DNA of 64,000 bases from an uncultured Acidimicrobiia bacterium (GCA_963792895.1 CAWBYA010000004.1:162069-226068); one strand, 5' to 3'; shown: positions 20,072 through 31,955, counted from the stretch's first letter. Notes: generated by a model from the sequence alone, not told the origin. Made by a program: numbers and translations.

Positions 20072-20283
20072 CGGAGGGCAACCTACTGCAACGCGGACGG
20101 CAGGCGCGAACACGCCTTCGCGAGGTCCCGGCGTTGTCGTCTGCGCCGGAGCGGTGCTCTCGCCAAGTCGCGCATGATGACCCGTCTCCGTATCGTGCGA
20201 GGTGGCGGCTGGGTGTGACATGGATGGGCTGTATCCGTCTGCCGCTTCGCTGGGACCGGAAGGTGGGGCTACGCTCCGCGCCC

Positions 20284-21063
20284 ATGGTCGGCGACACAGT
20301 GCGCATCAGGCGCGAGCCCCCTCGGTTTCGCAGGGTGGAGGTGGCGTCGATCGACGCCGTGACTCCGCGCATGGCCGCCGTGCGTTTCCGCGGTGGCGAG
20401 CTGGCGGGGCTCACGGTGAACGAGCCCGCGGCGAGCGTCCGGCTCCTCGTTCCAACCCCGGGGGACGAGCACCTCGTCATTCCGACGTGGAGCGGCAACG
20501 AGTTCCTTCGTCCCGACGGATCTCGGCCGATCATCCGCACCTTCACCCCGCGCCGGCTCGAGGGCGGCGTCCTGACCCTCGAGATCGTCCTCCACGAGGG
20601 CGGCGTCGTGTCCGAATGGGTGGAGCGGGCCGACGTCGGCGATCCCGCCGCCGTCTCCGGGACGGGCCGCGGCTATGCCATCGACCCCGCGGCGCGCGCC
20701 TTCTTCCTCGCCGGCGACGAATCGGCCATCCCGGCAATCAGCCAGCTGCTCGAAGCGCTGCCGGACGAGACGCCGGTGCAGGTGATCATCGAGATCGCCG
20801 ACGCAGCTCGCGTATCGCTACCGCACCACCCCCACGCCGGCGTCACCTGGGTCGAGCGCGAGGCGGGCGCCCCGCCGGGTGACGGTCTCGCCGCAGCTGT
20901 CACGACGGCGGAGATCTCAGACGGCACCAAGGTGTGGGTGGCGGGGGAGGCGGCCGCCATGCACCGTGTCCGCAAGCACCTCTTCGACGAGCGGGGCACG
21001 AGCAGGCGGGATGCCAACGTGCGGGGGTACTGGAAGCACGGACGGGCGGGCAGCGACGACTGA
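20284..21063 (+). CDS. Siderophore-interacting protein (FAD-binding, ViuB-like)
   Basis: RTFTPR, AGDESAIPAI, WVAGEA, GYWKHG. Confidence 0.85.
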   Translation: MVGDTVRIRREPPRFRRVEVASIDAVTPRMAAVRFRGGELAGLTVNEPAASVRLLVPTPGDEHLVIPTWSGNEFLRPDGSRPIIRTFTPRRLEGGVLTLEIVLHEGGVVSEWVERADVGDPAAVSGTGRGYAIDPAARAFFLAGDESAIPAISQLLEALPDETPVQVIIEIADAARVSLPHHPHAGVTWVEREAGAPPGDGLAAAVTTAEISDGTKVWVAGEAAAMHRVRKHLFDERGTSRRDANVRGYWKHGRAGSDD

Positions 21064-21154
21064 GCCCGCGGGACCCCGGTCCTCGCTGGCGCCCCGACCC
21101 GCTTTGGCTCCTCGCCGTGCGGCTCACCGAGTGCGTGTGTGTCGGTGCACCATC

Positions 21155-22225
21155 TCAAGAACGTCCCGCAGCAGCCGCTACCGCATCGCCCATCTCGCTC
21201 GTGCTCACGGCCTGGCCGCCGGCGGCGATGTCTGGCGTGCGGAGACCGGCGTCGAGCGCAGTATCGACGGCGGCCTCGATCCTCGCCGCCTCGTCCTCGA
21301 GGCCGAGGGAGTGCCGCAGCGCCATCGCGGCGGCGAGGATCGTCGCCAGTGGGTTGGCGATGCCCTTGCCGGCGATATCCGGCGCGGAGCCGTGGATCGG
21401 CTCGTAGAGACCGGGCGGCTCTTCGCCGATGGATGCGGAGGGGAGCAGTCCGAGTGAGCCGGGGAGCATCGAGCCCTCGTCGGTCAAGATGTCGCCGAAC
21501 ATGTTCCCCGTGACCACCACGTCGAAGTCCGCCGGCCGCGACAGCAAGTGCATCGCCATGGCGTCGACGAGGACGACCTCGTAGTCGAGGTCGTCGAACT
21601 CCGCAGCTACGACCTCGGCTGCCACGCGACGCCAGAGCCGGGATACCTCGAGGACATTGGCCTTGTCGACCGACGTCAGCTTGCCTCGGCGAGTCCGCGC
21701 CGCCTCGGCAGCGATACGGACGATGCGGCGGACCTCGGCCTCCGAGTACACCATTGTCGAGTACGCCGATGTCCCGTCGTCGCTGACGCCGGACGGGCCG
21801 AAGTAGATGCCGCCCGTGAGTTCACGGACGAACAGGATGTCCACGCCCTCGATGAGCTCCGTACGCAGTGGTGACGCGCCGATGAGCTGACGCTGGGTGC
21901 GGATCGGGCGCAGGTTGGCAAACAGGCCGAGTTCCTTGCGGAGCCCGAGCAAGCCGGCCTCCGGACGGGTCTTTGCGGTCGGATCGTCCCACCTGGGGCC
22001 ACCGACGGCGCCGAGGATCACTGCGTCGGCGATCCGGCAGGCTTCCAGCGTGCTCGCCGGTAGCGGGTCGCCATACTCGTCGATGGCGACGCCGCCCATC
22101 GGACGCTCCTCGAAGGCGAAGGCGTGTCCGAATCGGGCTGCCACGGCGTCGAGGACCTTGCGCGCCTCGGCAACCACCTCGGGCCCGATCCCATCGCCGG
22201 GCAGCAGGACGATGGAAGCGTTCAT
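21155..22225 (-). CDS. leuB: 3-isopropylmalate dehydrogenase
   Basis: [46 protein letters not shown]. Confidence 0.97.
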   Translation of the reverse strand: MNASIVLLPGDGIGPEVVAEARKVLDAVAARFGHAFAFEERPMGGVAIDEYGDPLPASTLEACRIADAVILGAVGGPRWDDPTAKTRPEAGLLGLRKELGLFANLRPIRTQRQLIGASPLRTELIEGVDILFVRELTGGIYFGPSGVSDDGTSAYSTMVYSEAEVRRIVRIAAEAARTRRGKLTSVDKANVLEVSRLWRRVAAEVVAAEFDDLDYEVVLVDAMAMHLLSRPADFDVVVTGNMFGDILTDEGSMLPGSLGLLPSASIGEEPPGLYEPIHGSAPDIAGKGIANPLATILAAAMALRHSLGLEDEAARIEAAVDTALDAGLRTPDIAAGGQAVSTSEMGDAVAAAAGRS

Positions 22226-23751
22226 CAGGCGTCGGGGAAGGCGCCGCGGTCGACCGCTGCCTTGTTGAGGGCGGAGACGAAGGCGCGCGCCGAACCTTCG
22301 ACGACGTCGGTCGACACCCCTCTGCCCGAGTACGTCTCGGCGGCGACCTGGACGACGACGTTGACCTCTGCCATCGCATCGGCGCCGGTCGTCAAAGGGC
22401 TGACCCGGTAGTCGATGAGAGTTGCGGGGAGTGAGAACGCATCTTGGAGGGCGACGAAGGTGGCGTTCACCATCCCGTCGCCGCCGGCCGAGTACTCGAG
22501 CACCTCGTCGCCACGCTGCACCTTCACGACCGCTGCGGGGACCTCGTCATCGCCGCCCGATACCCTGAGACCGATGAGGTGGAGCTGCTCGGTACGCTGT
22601 CCGGCCTCCTCGTTGACGATGGCGCGTATGCCTTCCTCGTGAATCTCACCCTTCCGATCGGCGAGGATCTTGAACCGGGCGAACGCTCGTGAGAAGTCCT
22701 CGTCTTCGAGGGTGATGCCCATCTTCCGCAGCGCATCGGCAAAGGCTGCACGGCCGGAGTGCTTGCCGAGGACGATCACGCTCTTCTGTCCGACGCTGGC
22801 TGCGTCCATGATCTCGTACGTCTCTCGAGCCCGCAGCACGCCATGCTGGTGGATGCCCGATTCGTGGGCGAAGGCGTTGCGCCCCACGACGGCCTTGTTG
22901 TACTGGATCGGGTACCCGGTGAGGCTCGATACCAGTCGCGATGTCTCGAAGATCTGGGTCGTGTCGGCTCCGATCTCGACGCCGAAGTAGTCCTCCCGGG
23001 TCTTGACGGCCATGATGATCTCCTCCGTGGAGGTATTGCCCGCCCGCTCACCGATCCCGTTGATGGCTCCCTCGATCTGGCGAGCGCCGGCATGGATCGC
23101 CGAGAGCGAGTTCGCCACCGCAAGCCCAAGGTCGTTGTGACAGTGCGTCGAGATGATCACATCCTCGTTGCCGTTGCGTACCTCGCCGTAGACCCTGGTG
23201 AGCATGTCGGCGAACTCGCTCGGCGTGGCGTACCCAACCGTGTCGGGGATGTTGATCGTGGTGGCCCCGGCCTCGACTGCCGCTCGGCAGATGTCGATGA
23301 TGAACTGCGGGTCCGAACGGGTGGCGTCCTGAGGGGAGAACTCCACGTCGTCGGTGTAGCGGCGCGCTCGCTCGACACCGTCGACGGCAGCCGCAAACAC
23401 CTCTTTGGGGGTCATTCGCAGCATCTGCTCCATGTGGATGGGCGATGTCGAGATGAAGACGTGGATGCGTTTGCGTTCCGCATCCTTCAGTGCGTCGGCT
23501 GCCCTGTCGATGTCGTCCGGATGGGTGCGAGCCAGGCTGGCGATGACCGGTCCTTCGACCTCTGCGGCGATGCGCGCCACTGCCTCGAAGTCGCCCGGCG
23601 ACGATGCGGCGAAGCCGGCTTCGATGACGTCGACCTTCAGTCGGGCCAGCTGGGTGGCGATGGCCACCTTGTCGTCGGGGGAGAGCGCGATGCCGGGCGC
23701 TTGCTCGCCGTCGCGCAGCGTGGTGTCGAAGATGATCAGTCGGTCGGACAT
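22225..23751 (-). CDS. leuA: 2-isopropylmalate synthase
   Basis: [31 protein letters not shown]; ATG at 23751 with AGGAG SD. Confidence 0.97.
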   Translation of the reverse strand: MSDRLIIFDTTLRDGEQAPGIALSPDDKVAIATQLARLKVDVIEAGFAASSPGDFEAVARIAAEVEGPVIASLARTHPDDIDRAADALKDAERKRIHVFISTSPIHMEQMLRMTPKEVFAAAVDGVERARRYTDDVEFSPQDATRSDPQFIIDICRAAVEAGATTINIPDTVGYATPSEFADMLTRVYGEVRNGNEDVIISTHCHNDLGLAVANSLSAIHAGARQIEGAINGIGERAGNTSTEEIIMAVKTREDYFGVEIGADTTQIFETSRLVSSLTGYPIQYNKAVVGRNAFAHESGIHQHGVLRARETYEIMDAASVGQKSVIVLGKHSGRAAFADALRKMGITLEDEDFSRAFARFKILADRKGEIHEEGIRAIVNEEAGQRTEQLHLIGLRVSGGDDEVPAAVVKVQRGDEVLEYSAGGDGMVNATFVALQDAFSLPATLIDYRVSPLTTGADAMAEVNVVVQVAAETYSGRGVSTDVVEGSARAFVSALNKAAVDRGAFPDA

Positions 23752-23756
23752 GAGGG

Positions 23757-23858
23757 GCTCCTGCTTGATGAGTCGTGGGGGAGAACGCAGCACGCCCGCT
23801 GCGGCAGGCCGCAGCGGGCTACGTAAGGAGCAGAGGCCACGTGGGGGGGAGTGGCCAC
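23757..23858 (-). promoter_or_regulatory. Putative LEU-element-like leader of leuA
   Basis: CTG-CTC-CTT-ACG-TAG; 12-bp inverted repeat 23794-23819; GCTCCT within the Leu codons (23826-23831) is complementary to the leuA SD AGGAGC (23757-23762). Confidence 0.55.
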
Positions 23859-23925
23859 TTGGCCCGTGGTGCGGATGCCAGGTCCTGAGTGCCTGGCGCC
23901 GAGTGCGGCGAGCGGAGCGAGCCCT

Positions 23926-24946
23926 TCATACGTCTTCCGTCTCCGGGCTCTTGTCGGAAAGGAAGGGCATCATCTCGCGCAGACCCTTGCCGACACGCTC
24001 GATCTCGTGCTCGGCCACTGAGCGCCGTGCGGCGAGCAGCGTCGGCGTGCCGGCGGCGTTCTCTGCCATCCACTCGCGGGCGAATGCGCCGGATTGGATC
24101 TCGCCGAGGATCTCGCGCATTCGTGTTCGCGTCTCCTCGGTCACGATGCGGGGGCCGCGGGTGATGTCACCGTACTCTGCGGTGTCCGACACCGAGTGCC
24201 GCATCCACGTGATGCCGCCTTCGTAGAGGAGGTCGACGATGAGCTTCAGCTCGTGAAGCACCTCGAAGTAGGCCATCTCGGCCGGATATCCGGCTTCGGT
24301 GAGCGTCTCGAAGGCGGCGCGGATCATCTCGTCGACGCCGCCGCACAAGATCACTTGTTCGCCGAAGAGGTCGGTCTCGGCCTCGTCCCGGAAGGTCGTT
24401 TCGATGACGCCTGCTCGCGTCCCGCCGATGCCGTGGGCATACGAGAGGGCGAGGTCCCTCGCGTCGCCCGTTGCGTCTTGGTGGACGGCGACGAGGCAGG
24501 GCACGCCGCTGCCCTCGATGTACTGGCGGCGCACGAGGTGGCCCGGGCCCTTGGGGGCGACCATGGCCACATCGATCTCCGCGGGCGGCGTGATGTAGCC
24601 GAAGTGGATGGAGAAGCCGTGGGCAAACAGCAGCGCATCGCCGGGTCGCAGGTTGGGTGCGATCTGGGCTTCGTACAACTCAGGCTGGTGCTGGTCGGGG
24701 ACGAGCACCATCACGACGTCTGCCCAGTCGGCGGCCTCATCGGGGGCGACGACCTTGAGACCGGCGTTCGAGGCAACGGCGGTACGACGGCTGCCCTCGC
24801 GGAGGCCGACGACGACGTCGACGCCGGATTCCTTGAGGTTGAGCGCGTGAGCGTGGCCCTTGACTGCCGAAGCCGATGACTGCGACCTTGCGCAGGGCGA
24901 TCAGATTCGGGTTGACGTCCTCGGCGTACAGGATCTGTGGTGGCAT
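23926..24946 (-). CDS. ilvC: Ketol-acid reductoisomerase, frameshifted near 24857
   Basis: [11 protein letters not shown] in one frame, [11 protein letters not shown]...APKGPG...ETDLFGEQ in the next; one extra G in a GGG run. Confidence 0.95.
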
Positions 24947-24972
24947 GGCGTGCTCCTCGGGGGGACGGACAT

Positions 24973-25482
24973 TCAAGCGGATCGGAGTGTCGCCTTTGCG
25001 GCATCCTTGGTCTTGGCGTCCTTGGCGAGGGCGATCCGGCCGGACTTGACGAGGTCGATGATCCCGTAAGGTCGCATCAACTCGAGGAAATCGCCGAGCC
25101 GGTGCGGCTCTCCCGACATCTCGAACGTGACCGATGCCACGCCGACGTCGACCGGCTCGGCACGGAAGATCCGGGCCGCATCGAGGACCTCGTGGCGCCG
25201 CTTCGGGTCGGCGCTCACTCGCACCAGCATGATCTCGCGCTCGATGCTGTCGCCGCTGGACATCTCCGTCACTTTCACGACGTGAACGAGCTTGTAGAGC
25301 TGCTTGATGATCTGCTCCATCTCAGGCCCATCGACCACAACCGTCATGCGCGAGACGGTCGGATCCGACGTCGGCCCGACGGCGAGCGAGTGGATGTTGA
25401 ACCCGCGCCGGGCGAACATCGACGACACCCTGGCGAGGACGCCGGGCTTGTTCTCGGTGAGCACGGAGATGACGTGGCTCAT
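24973..25482 (-). CDS. ilvN: Acetolactate synthase small subunit
   Basis: [30 protein letters not shown] (ACT domain). Confidence 0.95.
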   Translation of the reverse strand: MSHVISVLTENKPGVLARVSSMFARRGFNIHSLAVGPTSDPTVSRMTVVVDGPEMEQIIKQLYKLVHVVKVTEMSSGDSIEREIMLVRVSADPKRRHEVLDAARIFRAEPVDVGVASVTFEMSGEPHRLGDFLELMRPYGIIDLVKSGRIALAKDAKTKDAAKATLRSA

Positions 25483-27197
25483 GCCAGATCCTCGGCACGC
25501 TCGATCACGTTGTCGTTGGAGCCACCTGCGGGCACCATGGGGAACACCATCGCATCCGGGTCGCAGCGGAACTCGACGACAACCGGCCGATCGTCGATGG
25601 AGAGGGCCTTCTCGAGCGTTGGGGCCACGTCGTCGGCGTCGGCGGCGCGGAGCCCGACGCAGCCCATAGCCTCCGCGAGCTTGACGTAGTCGGGGGTGTG
25701 ATCCGACAAATCGACCGCTGAATAGCGCTCGTTGTAGAACAGGCGTTGCCACTGCTTGACCATGCCCAGTGAGTTGTTGTTCATCACAGCGATCTTCACC
25801 GGGATCCGTTCGATCGAAGCGGTGATCAGCTCCTGAAAGGTCATCTGGAAGCACCCGTCGCCATCGATGGCGAACACCGTCTCGTTTGGCATCGCCACCT
25901 TTGCGCCGATGGCCGCCGGCACGGCGTACCCCATGGTGCCGAGCCCTCCCGAGTTGATCCACGTGTTGGGGCGCTCGAAGCCCCAGAACTGCGATGCCCA
26001 CATCTGGTGTTGGCCGACGCCGGCCACGACGATTGCGTCCCCGCCGGTGAGGCGATGGAGCTCCTCGATCACGTACTGCTGCTGGATCGGGCCGTCGGGC
26101 TCCTGCGTGTAGCGCAGCGGATGGTCGGCCTGCCACTGGCGCAGCGTGTCGAACCACGCGGTGCGCTGCGGTGCCGCCGACCCGTCGAGCTTCTTGCGCA
26201 TCGCGAGGAGCAGCTGTTCGATGACCGCGGCGGCGTCGCCGACGATCGGCACCTCGGGGTCGCGCACCTTTCCGATCTCTGCGGGGTCGACGTCGATGTG
26301 AATCACTTTGGCGAGCGGGGCGAACGTCGACGGGTCACCCGTCACCCGGTCGTCGAAGCGAGCGCCGATGGCGATCAACAGGTCGGCGCGTTGCATCGCC
26401 GTGATGGCGGTGTACATGCCGTGCATGCCCGGCATCCCGAGGGTCAGGGGGTGGGAGTCGGGGATGGCGCCCCGCCCCATCAACGTGGTCACGGCAGGGA
26501 GGTTGGCGAGCTCGGCGAACTCACGCAGCGCATCCGAAGCACCAGCCCGAATGACCCCGCCGCCAACGTAGAGAACCGGCCGCTCGCTGCGATGAATCAA
26601 CTCCACGGCTGCTTTCACCTGCTTCGGGTGACCCTTCACAGAGGGCTTGTACCCGGGCAAGTTGAGCTGTGCGGGACGGTGCCAGGTCATCTCTGCGTTG
26701 AGAACGTTCTTTGGCAGGTCGACGAGCACGGGCCCCGGACGCCCCGTCGACGCGAGGTGAAATGCCTCATGGATGACATCGGGAATGTCGGCGACGTCGG
26801 TGACGAGGTAGTTGTGCTTGGTGCACGGCATCGAGATCCCCCAGGTGTGCGCCTCCTGGAATGCGTCGTTGCCGATGGCCGTAGTGGGGACCTGGCCTGT
26901 GATTGCGACGACGGGAATCGAGTCCATGTGGGCATCCTGGAGCGGGGTGATGAGGTTGGTCGCTCCCGGGCCTGATGTAGCCATCATCACACCGACCCGA
27001 CCGGACGCGTGGGCGAAACCTGATGCCATGTGCCCGGCACCCTGTTCGTGGCGAGCGAGGACGTGGCGAATGGGACTGTCGAGGATGGGGTCGTAGACGG
27101 GCAGGATCGCTCCACCTGGTACACCGAAGATCACGTCTACGCCCTCGTGCTCCAGCGCTCGGATGAGGGCTGCTGCTCCGCTGAGGGTGGGGGTCAT
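25479..27197 (-). CDS. ilvB: Acetolactate synthase large subunit
   Basis: [48 protein letters not shown]; ATG at 27197. Confidence 0.97.
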   Translation of the reverse strand: MTPTLSGAAALIRALEHEGVDVIFGVPGGAILPVYDPILDSPIRHVLARHEQGAGHMASGFAHASGRVGVMMATSGPGATNLITPLQDAHMDSIPVVAITGQVPTTAIGNDAFQEAHTWGISMPCTKHNYLVTDVADIPDVIHEAFHLASTGRPGPVLVDLPKNVLNAEMTWHRPAQLNLPGYKPSVKGHPKQVKAAVELIHRSERPVLYVGGGVIRAGASDALREFAELANLPAVTTLMGRGAIPDSHPLTLGMPGMHGMYTAITAMQRADLLIAIGARFDDRVTGDPSTFAPLAKVIHIDVDPAEIGKVRDPEVPIVGDAAAVIEQLLLAMRKKLDGSAAPQRTAWFDTLRQWQADHPLRYTQEPDGPIQQQYVIEELHRLTGGDAIVVAGVGQHQMWASQFWGFERPNTWINSGGLGTMGYAVPAAIGAKVAMPNETVFAIDGDGCFQMTFQELITASIERIPVKIAVMNNNSLGMVKQWQRLFYNERYSAVDLSDHTPDYVKLAEAMGCVGLRAADADDVAPTLEKALSIDDRPVVVEFRCDPDAMVFPMVPAGGSNDNVIERAEDLA

Positions 27198-27226
27198 GGT
27201 TGATGCTCCTGGATGGGCCTGATACG

Positions 27227-27251
27227 AAAAAGACCCTCCGCGAGGAGGGTC
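27227..27251 (-). terminator. Intrinsic terminator of the ilvB attenuator
   Basis: Minus strand GACCCTCC-TCGC-GGAGGGTC-TTTTT. Confidence 0.85.
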
Positions 27252-27273
27252 GGGCGCACAACGACGGGCGTCG

Positions 27274-27318
27274 CTATGCGCCGCTGCGAATAAGTACGAG
27301 GAGATCGCTGCCGTACAT
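27274..27318 (-). CDS. ilvB leader peptide [14 protein letters not shown]
   Basis: 14-codon ORF with consecutive Leu-Leu-Val-Leu-Ile, just upstream of the terminator. Confidence 0.85.
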   Translation of the reverse strand: MYGSDLLVLIRSGA

Positions 27319-27475
27319 CGGAGGTCGAGTATGCCACCCACGCGCATCAAGTCAAGACGGCACGTCGGCATCCGAGCGCACCGGCTGCCCACCAGAGGCC
27401 GCCGCCGCACCGCGCTGCCCCATGGCTGGGGCCGGCCGATCGCACATGTCGGCGCCAATCGGCGAATATGGCGCC

Positions 27476-28691
27476 ATGGCTGGACCCTCACCTGAGCTCG
27501 CAGCTGCGCTCGACGCAATCGTTGCGCAGCTGCGACGCGTCTTGAGGGAGCTCGAAGAAGACGACATTCCCGTGCCGCTTCGCAAGGTGGCGAAGTCGAC
27601 GGGCAAGCGGCTTCCCCCGCCCCTGCTGCGGAGTCTTCTGGTTGAGGTCGACCGCAACGAGTGGTTCCGTGAGAAGGCAAGGGAAGAGATAGACGCGGAG
27701 GCGCACCCCGATGCCGCTGCCTTCCTCTCCCGCGATCCAGGTTGGTGGATCGACCTCGCCGATCAGGCGGTCGCTTCGGCCGGTGTGTCGTCCAGAGCAG
27801 AAGAGGCGCAACGGATCGCCCTGGCGCGCAATGAAGAGGCGCTGGGCGAAGCCAAGCGGCGCGCAAGAGAGCTTCGGGCCGAGAACGCCACACTCACCGC
27901 TGAGGTGAAGACGCTCAAGGCCGCCCTGCGCTCCGCACCTCCTGGGGCGAAGGCGAGCGCCCGGCGAGACGGGCTCGCGGCGCAGCTGCGGGCGGCAGAG
28001 GCGCAGCTCGAGCGGGAGCGACGACAGCGTCTCGAGGCGGATGCACGCGTGAGCGAGCTGCTCCGCAGACGCACCGAGCGGCATCGGCGCAGTGAGGCGG
28101 CTGCCGCGGCGCTCGGGCGGTCTCGACGACCCTGTCGCCGTGGGGCGGCGGCTCGATCTCGAGGTGGCGGCACTTGCTGCGGCTGCCCGGGGCGAGCAAC
28201 CAGCACCGCACGCCGACGATGAGGGCGTGGCTGAGGAAGGCGTGCGGCTCCCCGCAGGCGTCCTGCCCGACTCGGCGGACGCCATCACATGGCTTCTGGG
28301 TCTGCCCACCCAGGTCACGCTCATCGTCGACGGCTACAACGCGGGTTTCCTGCTCAACAAGGACGACCGGCGAGTGCCCGCCGCTCGGCGTCGAGTACTC
28401 GAGCAGCTCGATCGTCTCGACCGGCTGGCGATGGCACCGCACCGCATCGTCGTCGTCTTCGATTCGCCACACGGGGGCGCCGACGCTCCGGCGATCGATC
28501 CCGGTGGTATCGAGGTGCGGTTTGCCACGGAGGCTGCAACCGCAGATGACGACATCGTCGATCTCGTCGCCGCGTTGACGTCTCCCGCCATCGTCGTCAC
28601 CAACGACCGCGAGCTGCGGGATCGGGTGGAAGCCCGCGGGGCGTTGGCTCTGTGGGCGACGGCACTCGCCGAGTGGGTCAGGGCTGCGTGA
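27476..28691 (+). CDS. Coiled-coil protein with C-terminal NYN (YacP-like) nuclease domain, frameshifted near 28116
   Basis: [27 protein letters not shown] in the second frame; helical N-terminal part in the first; one extra G in CGGGC. Confidence 0.75.
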
Positions 28692-29520
28692 AGCCCTCGT
28701 CGGGGAGTGGCGTCTCGACCGTGATGCTGCGTTCCCGGTGCACATGGCGTCCCGGCACCGGGCGGTGCGCCGGATCGTCGACCAACACATGGCCGCTGTC
28801 GACGTGGAGCACGCTCGGGCCGTAGGCCGCGGTCAGCCACTCCGCCGTCAGCACATCTCGTGGCGAGCCGGATGACACCACCCGTCCCGCAAGGAGCACC
28901 ACGTGGTCGGCGACGCGGGCCTCGGCGAGGTCGTGCGTGGTGAGCACCACAGTGCAGCCGTGAGCATTCTCATCGTGGATCACGTCGTCGATTGCCTGTG
29001 CCGACGTGAGGTCGAGCCCGGTGACCGGCTCGTCGAGCAGGAGCACGTCGTGGTCCTGGGCGAGTCCCTGGGCGACGAACACCCGCTGCCGCTGGCCGCC
29101 GGAAAGCTCGTGGAGGTGATGGTCGCCGAGGTGTGCCACGTCCATACGGTCCATGGCTTCCTGAATCGCCGTGCGATCCTCGGCGCGCAGCCAGCGGTAT
29201 GCCCCCTTGCCGGCGTACCGGCCCATCGCTATCACCTCGTAGACCGTGATGGGGAGTGCGTCGTTGACCTTCGTCGCCTGGAGCACATAGGCGATCCGGC
29301 GTGCCCTCCCGGCGATCGGCGTGACTTCGAGCTCTCCCTCCGCCGGCCTGATCAGGCCGGCGATACCGCTCAGCAGCGTGGACTTCCCCGAGCCGTTTGG
29401 CCCGATGAGCGCGGTTATCTCCCCAGCCGGGATGGTGAAGGTCGATCGGGCGACGGCAATGCCCTCGCCGTACCGGAAGGCAACGTCACGGGCGCGCACG
29501 GCTGGGTCGCTCACTCGCAC
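28678..29520 (-). CDS. Zn/Mn ABC transporter ATP-binding protein
   Basis: GPNGSGKS, LSGGQRQR, LLLDEP, His-rich tail. Confidence 0.88.
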   Translation of the reverse strand: MRVSDPAVRARDVAFRYGEGIAVARSTFTIPAGEITALIGPNGSGKSTLLSGIAGLIRPAEGELEVTPIAGRARRIAYVLQATKVNDALPITVYEVIAMGRYAGKGAYRWLRAEDRTAIQEAMDRMDVAHLGDHHLHELSGGQRQRVFVAQGLAQDHDVLLLDEPVTGLDLTSAQAIDDVIHDENAHGCTVVLTTHDLAEARVADHVVLLAGRVVSSGSPRDVLTAEWLTAAYGPSVLHVDSGHVLVDDPAHRPVPGRHVHRERSITVETPLPDEGFTQP

Positions 29521-29951
29521 CTCCTACACGTGCCTTCGATCTCCAGAGAGTGCCCAACCGCGGCGAAGCCGACCGCATCCGTGATGTCGGCCACGAGGCC
29601 CTGGAGGGACGCTTCGAGGACGTCGGGAAGACGAACATCGTCCACTGCGCCGCAGGCGACGCATACGAGGTGATGGTGGTGACCGCTCAACCATTCGGCC
29701 AGCTCGTAGCGCGTGATGCCTCGGGTCCCATGGTGCGGCTCGAGGATGCCCGCCTCCTCGAGCACGCCGAGCGAGCGGTAGAGCGAGGAGAGCGGGACGT
29801 GCCCGTCGAGGTCCTCGGAGAGCTCGGCAGCCGACCGTGGCCCGTCTGCGCTGCCGAGGCATCGGATGATGGCGGCCCGAGCCACGGTGAAGCGCAGCCC
29901 GTCGTCGGCGAGCCGCGCCACGATCTGGCGCTCCAGCTTGGTGTTGGACAT
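29511..29951 (-). CDS. Fur-family regulator (probably Zur)
   Basis: SSLYRSL, HHHHLVCVACG, GTCRRC; ATG at 29951; flanked by metal ABC genes. Confidence 0.88.
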   Translation of the reverse strand: MSNTKLERQIVARLADDGLRFTVARAAIIRCLGSADGPRSAAELSEDLDGHVPLSSLYRSLGVLEEAGILEPHHGTRGITRYELAEWLSGHHHHLVCVACGAVDDVRLPDVLEASLQGLVADITDAVGFAAVGHSLEIEGTCRRCE

Positions 29952-30065
29952 GAGACGATTCCTCAGGGTTTCGCTGGAAGGTCGTCGGAGAGAGCGTGGT
30001 CCGAGGCGCCGGCCGATGGCGAGCCGTCCCCATTGCTGTGCCGGATCACCTGTGGTCGCCCTCCT

Positions 30066-30107
30066 GGTAATGTTGATCCTCAACATAGGAACGATTCTCA
30101 TTTTCAG
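30066..30107. promoter_or_regulatory. AT-rich putative operator between divergent metal-uptake genes
   Basis: Perfect ATGTTGA-TCC-TCAACAT (30070-30086) plus Fur-box-like AACGATTCTCATTTTCA (30090-30106). Confidence 0.55.
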
Positions 30108-30121
30108 CAAGGAGCAGGGGA

Positions 30122-31066
30122 ATGCAGCGGCCCGGGGCCAGGACGATGCGGATGCTCGTGGCGCTGGTAGCCGTCGTATTCGCTGCACCGGCCTGCAGCG
30201 CCGGTGACAGCGGCGACGGGTCGGCGGTCGGGCCCATCCGCATCGTCGCGACCACCAGCGTCGTGGGTGATCTCGTCGCCAACGTCGTTGGAGATGCGAC
30301 GTCGGTCGAGGTGCTGATCCCCGTTGGTGCCGATCCGCATGAATTCCAGGCGTCGGCGCAGCAGGCGGCTGCCGTGCAGGAGGCAGATCTCGTCGTGTCC
30401 ATCGGGCTCGGGCTGGAGGAGGGCCTCACGGACGTTCTCGATGCCGCCGTCGCAGACGGTGTCGAGCTCCTCGAGATCGGCCCTGCCGTAGAGCCGCTCC
30501 CGTTCAGCGCAACCGTTGGGGAGTCGGCTGACGCAGGCGCGCTGGATCCACACGTATGGATGGACCCGTTGCGCATGGCCGATGCAGCAAGGCTCATCAG
30601 CGCCGCTCTCGAGAAGATCGACCCCGGGACAGACTGGACCGCTCGCGCCGCCTCCTATGCGGCCGATCTCGAAGCCGCCGACCGTGAGATCGCGAGTCTC
30701 GTGGCGACTCTCCCCGAGGCGACCCGCAAGCTCGTGACCAACCACGACGCGCTCGGCTACTTTGCGCGCCGCTACGGGTTCACGGTTGTCGGCGTCGTCG
30801 TGCCCGGGGGTTCGACCCTGGCCAACCCCAGCTCGGCGGCGCTTGCTGCGTTGGTCGCCACCGTGAGGGTCGAGCAGGTGCCTGCGATATTCGCAGAGAC
30901 CATCGAGCCGACGACACTGGCCGACGCGGTTGCCGGCGAGGTCGGTGCGTCGGTCGCGGTGGTGGAGCTCTACACAGGCTCGCTCGGCGAGCCGGGCTCC
31001 GGGGCCGACAGCCTCGTCGGGATGCTCTTGACCGACGCCCGCCGCATCGTCGAGGCGCTGTCGTGA
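30122..31066 (+). CDS. Zn/Mn ABC transporter substrate-binding lipoprotein
   Basis: Lipobox-like PAC, ADPHEF, DPHVWMDP, TNHDALGYF. Confidence 0.9.
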   Translation: MQRPGARTMRMLVALVAVVFAAPACSAGDSGDGSAVGPIRIVATTSVVGDLVANVVGDATSVEVLIPVGADPHEFQASAQQAAAVQEADLVVSIGLGLEEGLTDVLDAAVADGVELLEIGPAVEPLPFSATVGESADAGALDPHVWMDPLRMADAARLISAALEKIDPGTDWTARAASYAADLEAADREIASLVATLPEATRKLVTNHDALGYFARRYGFTVVGVVVPGGSTLANPSSAALAALVATVRVEQVPAIFAETIEPTTLADAVAGEVGASVAVVELYTGSLGEPGSGADSLVGMLLTDARRIVEALS

Positions 31067-31103
31067 GCCGGCCCGCACCGAGCGGAGGTACGGTGAGTGA
31101 CGC

Positions 31104-31955
31104 ATGGACTGGTTGATCGAGCCTTTCCAGTTCGCCTTCCAGCAACGGGCTCTCGTCGGCGGGGCGCTGGCGGCGGTAGCCACCGCGGTCGTGGGCACCT
31201 GGGTGGTCATCCGGGGGATGACGTTCCTCGGTGATGCGCTGGTGCACGGCGTCGTACCCGGCGTGGCCCTTGCAGTGATCTTCGGCTTCAACGTTCTGAT
31301 CGGAGCTGCTGTCGCTGCGATCGTCATGATCGGCGGCATCAACCTCGTGCATCGCCAGACCACGTTCTCGGAGGACACGAGCATCGGCCTCCTGTTTGCC
31401 GGGATGCTCGGCCTCGGCGTCATCTTGATATCCCGCACCCCTGCCTATACGGGCAGTCTCACGAGCATCCTGTTCGGCGATGCGCTCGGCGTCACGACCG
31501 GTGACCTCGTGGTGCTCACCGTTGTCGCCGTCGCCGCCGTTGTGATGTCGGTCTTGTTCTACCGCCCGTTCCTCGTGCTGTGCTTCAACGAGCAGAAGGC
31601 GCAGTTGTTCGGGCTCCGGCCGAATCTGGCGCACGTCCTCCTCCTGGCTCTGGTGACGGCGGCAATCGTCGGCTCGTTCCAGACGGTCGGGGCGCTTCTC
31701 GTCTTCGGGCTGCTCGTCGGGCCACCGGCGACGGCAGCGCTCATCGTGCGGCGGGTGCCGGCGATGATGGCGACCGCTGCGCTGATCGGTGTGATCTCGG
31801 TCGCCGTCGGGCTGGTCATCAGCTATCACGCGGCGACGTCGGGCTCGGCGACCATGGCGGTGGTCCCCGTCGTGCTGTTCTTCGGCGTCCTGTCCGGGAA
31901 GTCCTTGGTGCGGGCGCTCAGAGCGCGATCTCGGCGAGCGCCCGCAGCGTCGTGA
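31104..31955 (+). CDS. Zn/Mn ABC transporter permease
   Basis: [29 protein letters not shown]. Confidence 0.92.
   Translation: MDWLIEPFQFAFQQRALVGGALAAVATAVVGTWVVIRGMTFLGDALVHGVVPGVALAVIFGFNVLIGAAVAAIVMIGGINLVHRQTTFSEDTSIGLLFAGMLGLGVILISRTPAYTGSLTSILFGDALGVTTGDLVVLTVVAVAAVVMSVLFYRPFLVLCFNEQKAQLFGLRPNLAHVLLLALVTAAIVGSFQTVGALLVFGLLVGPPATAALIVRRVPAMMATAALIGVISVAVGLVISYHAATSGSATMAVVPVVLFFGVLSGKSLVRALRARSRRAPAAS

Noticed and set aside
24850-24865. Programmed frameshifting in ilvC or the other split genes
   Set aside because: No slippery heptamer or stimulatory structure seen; assembly error is simpler.
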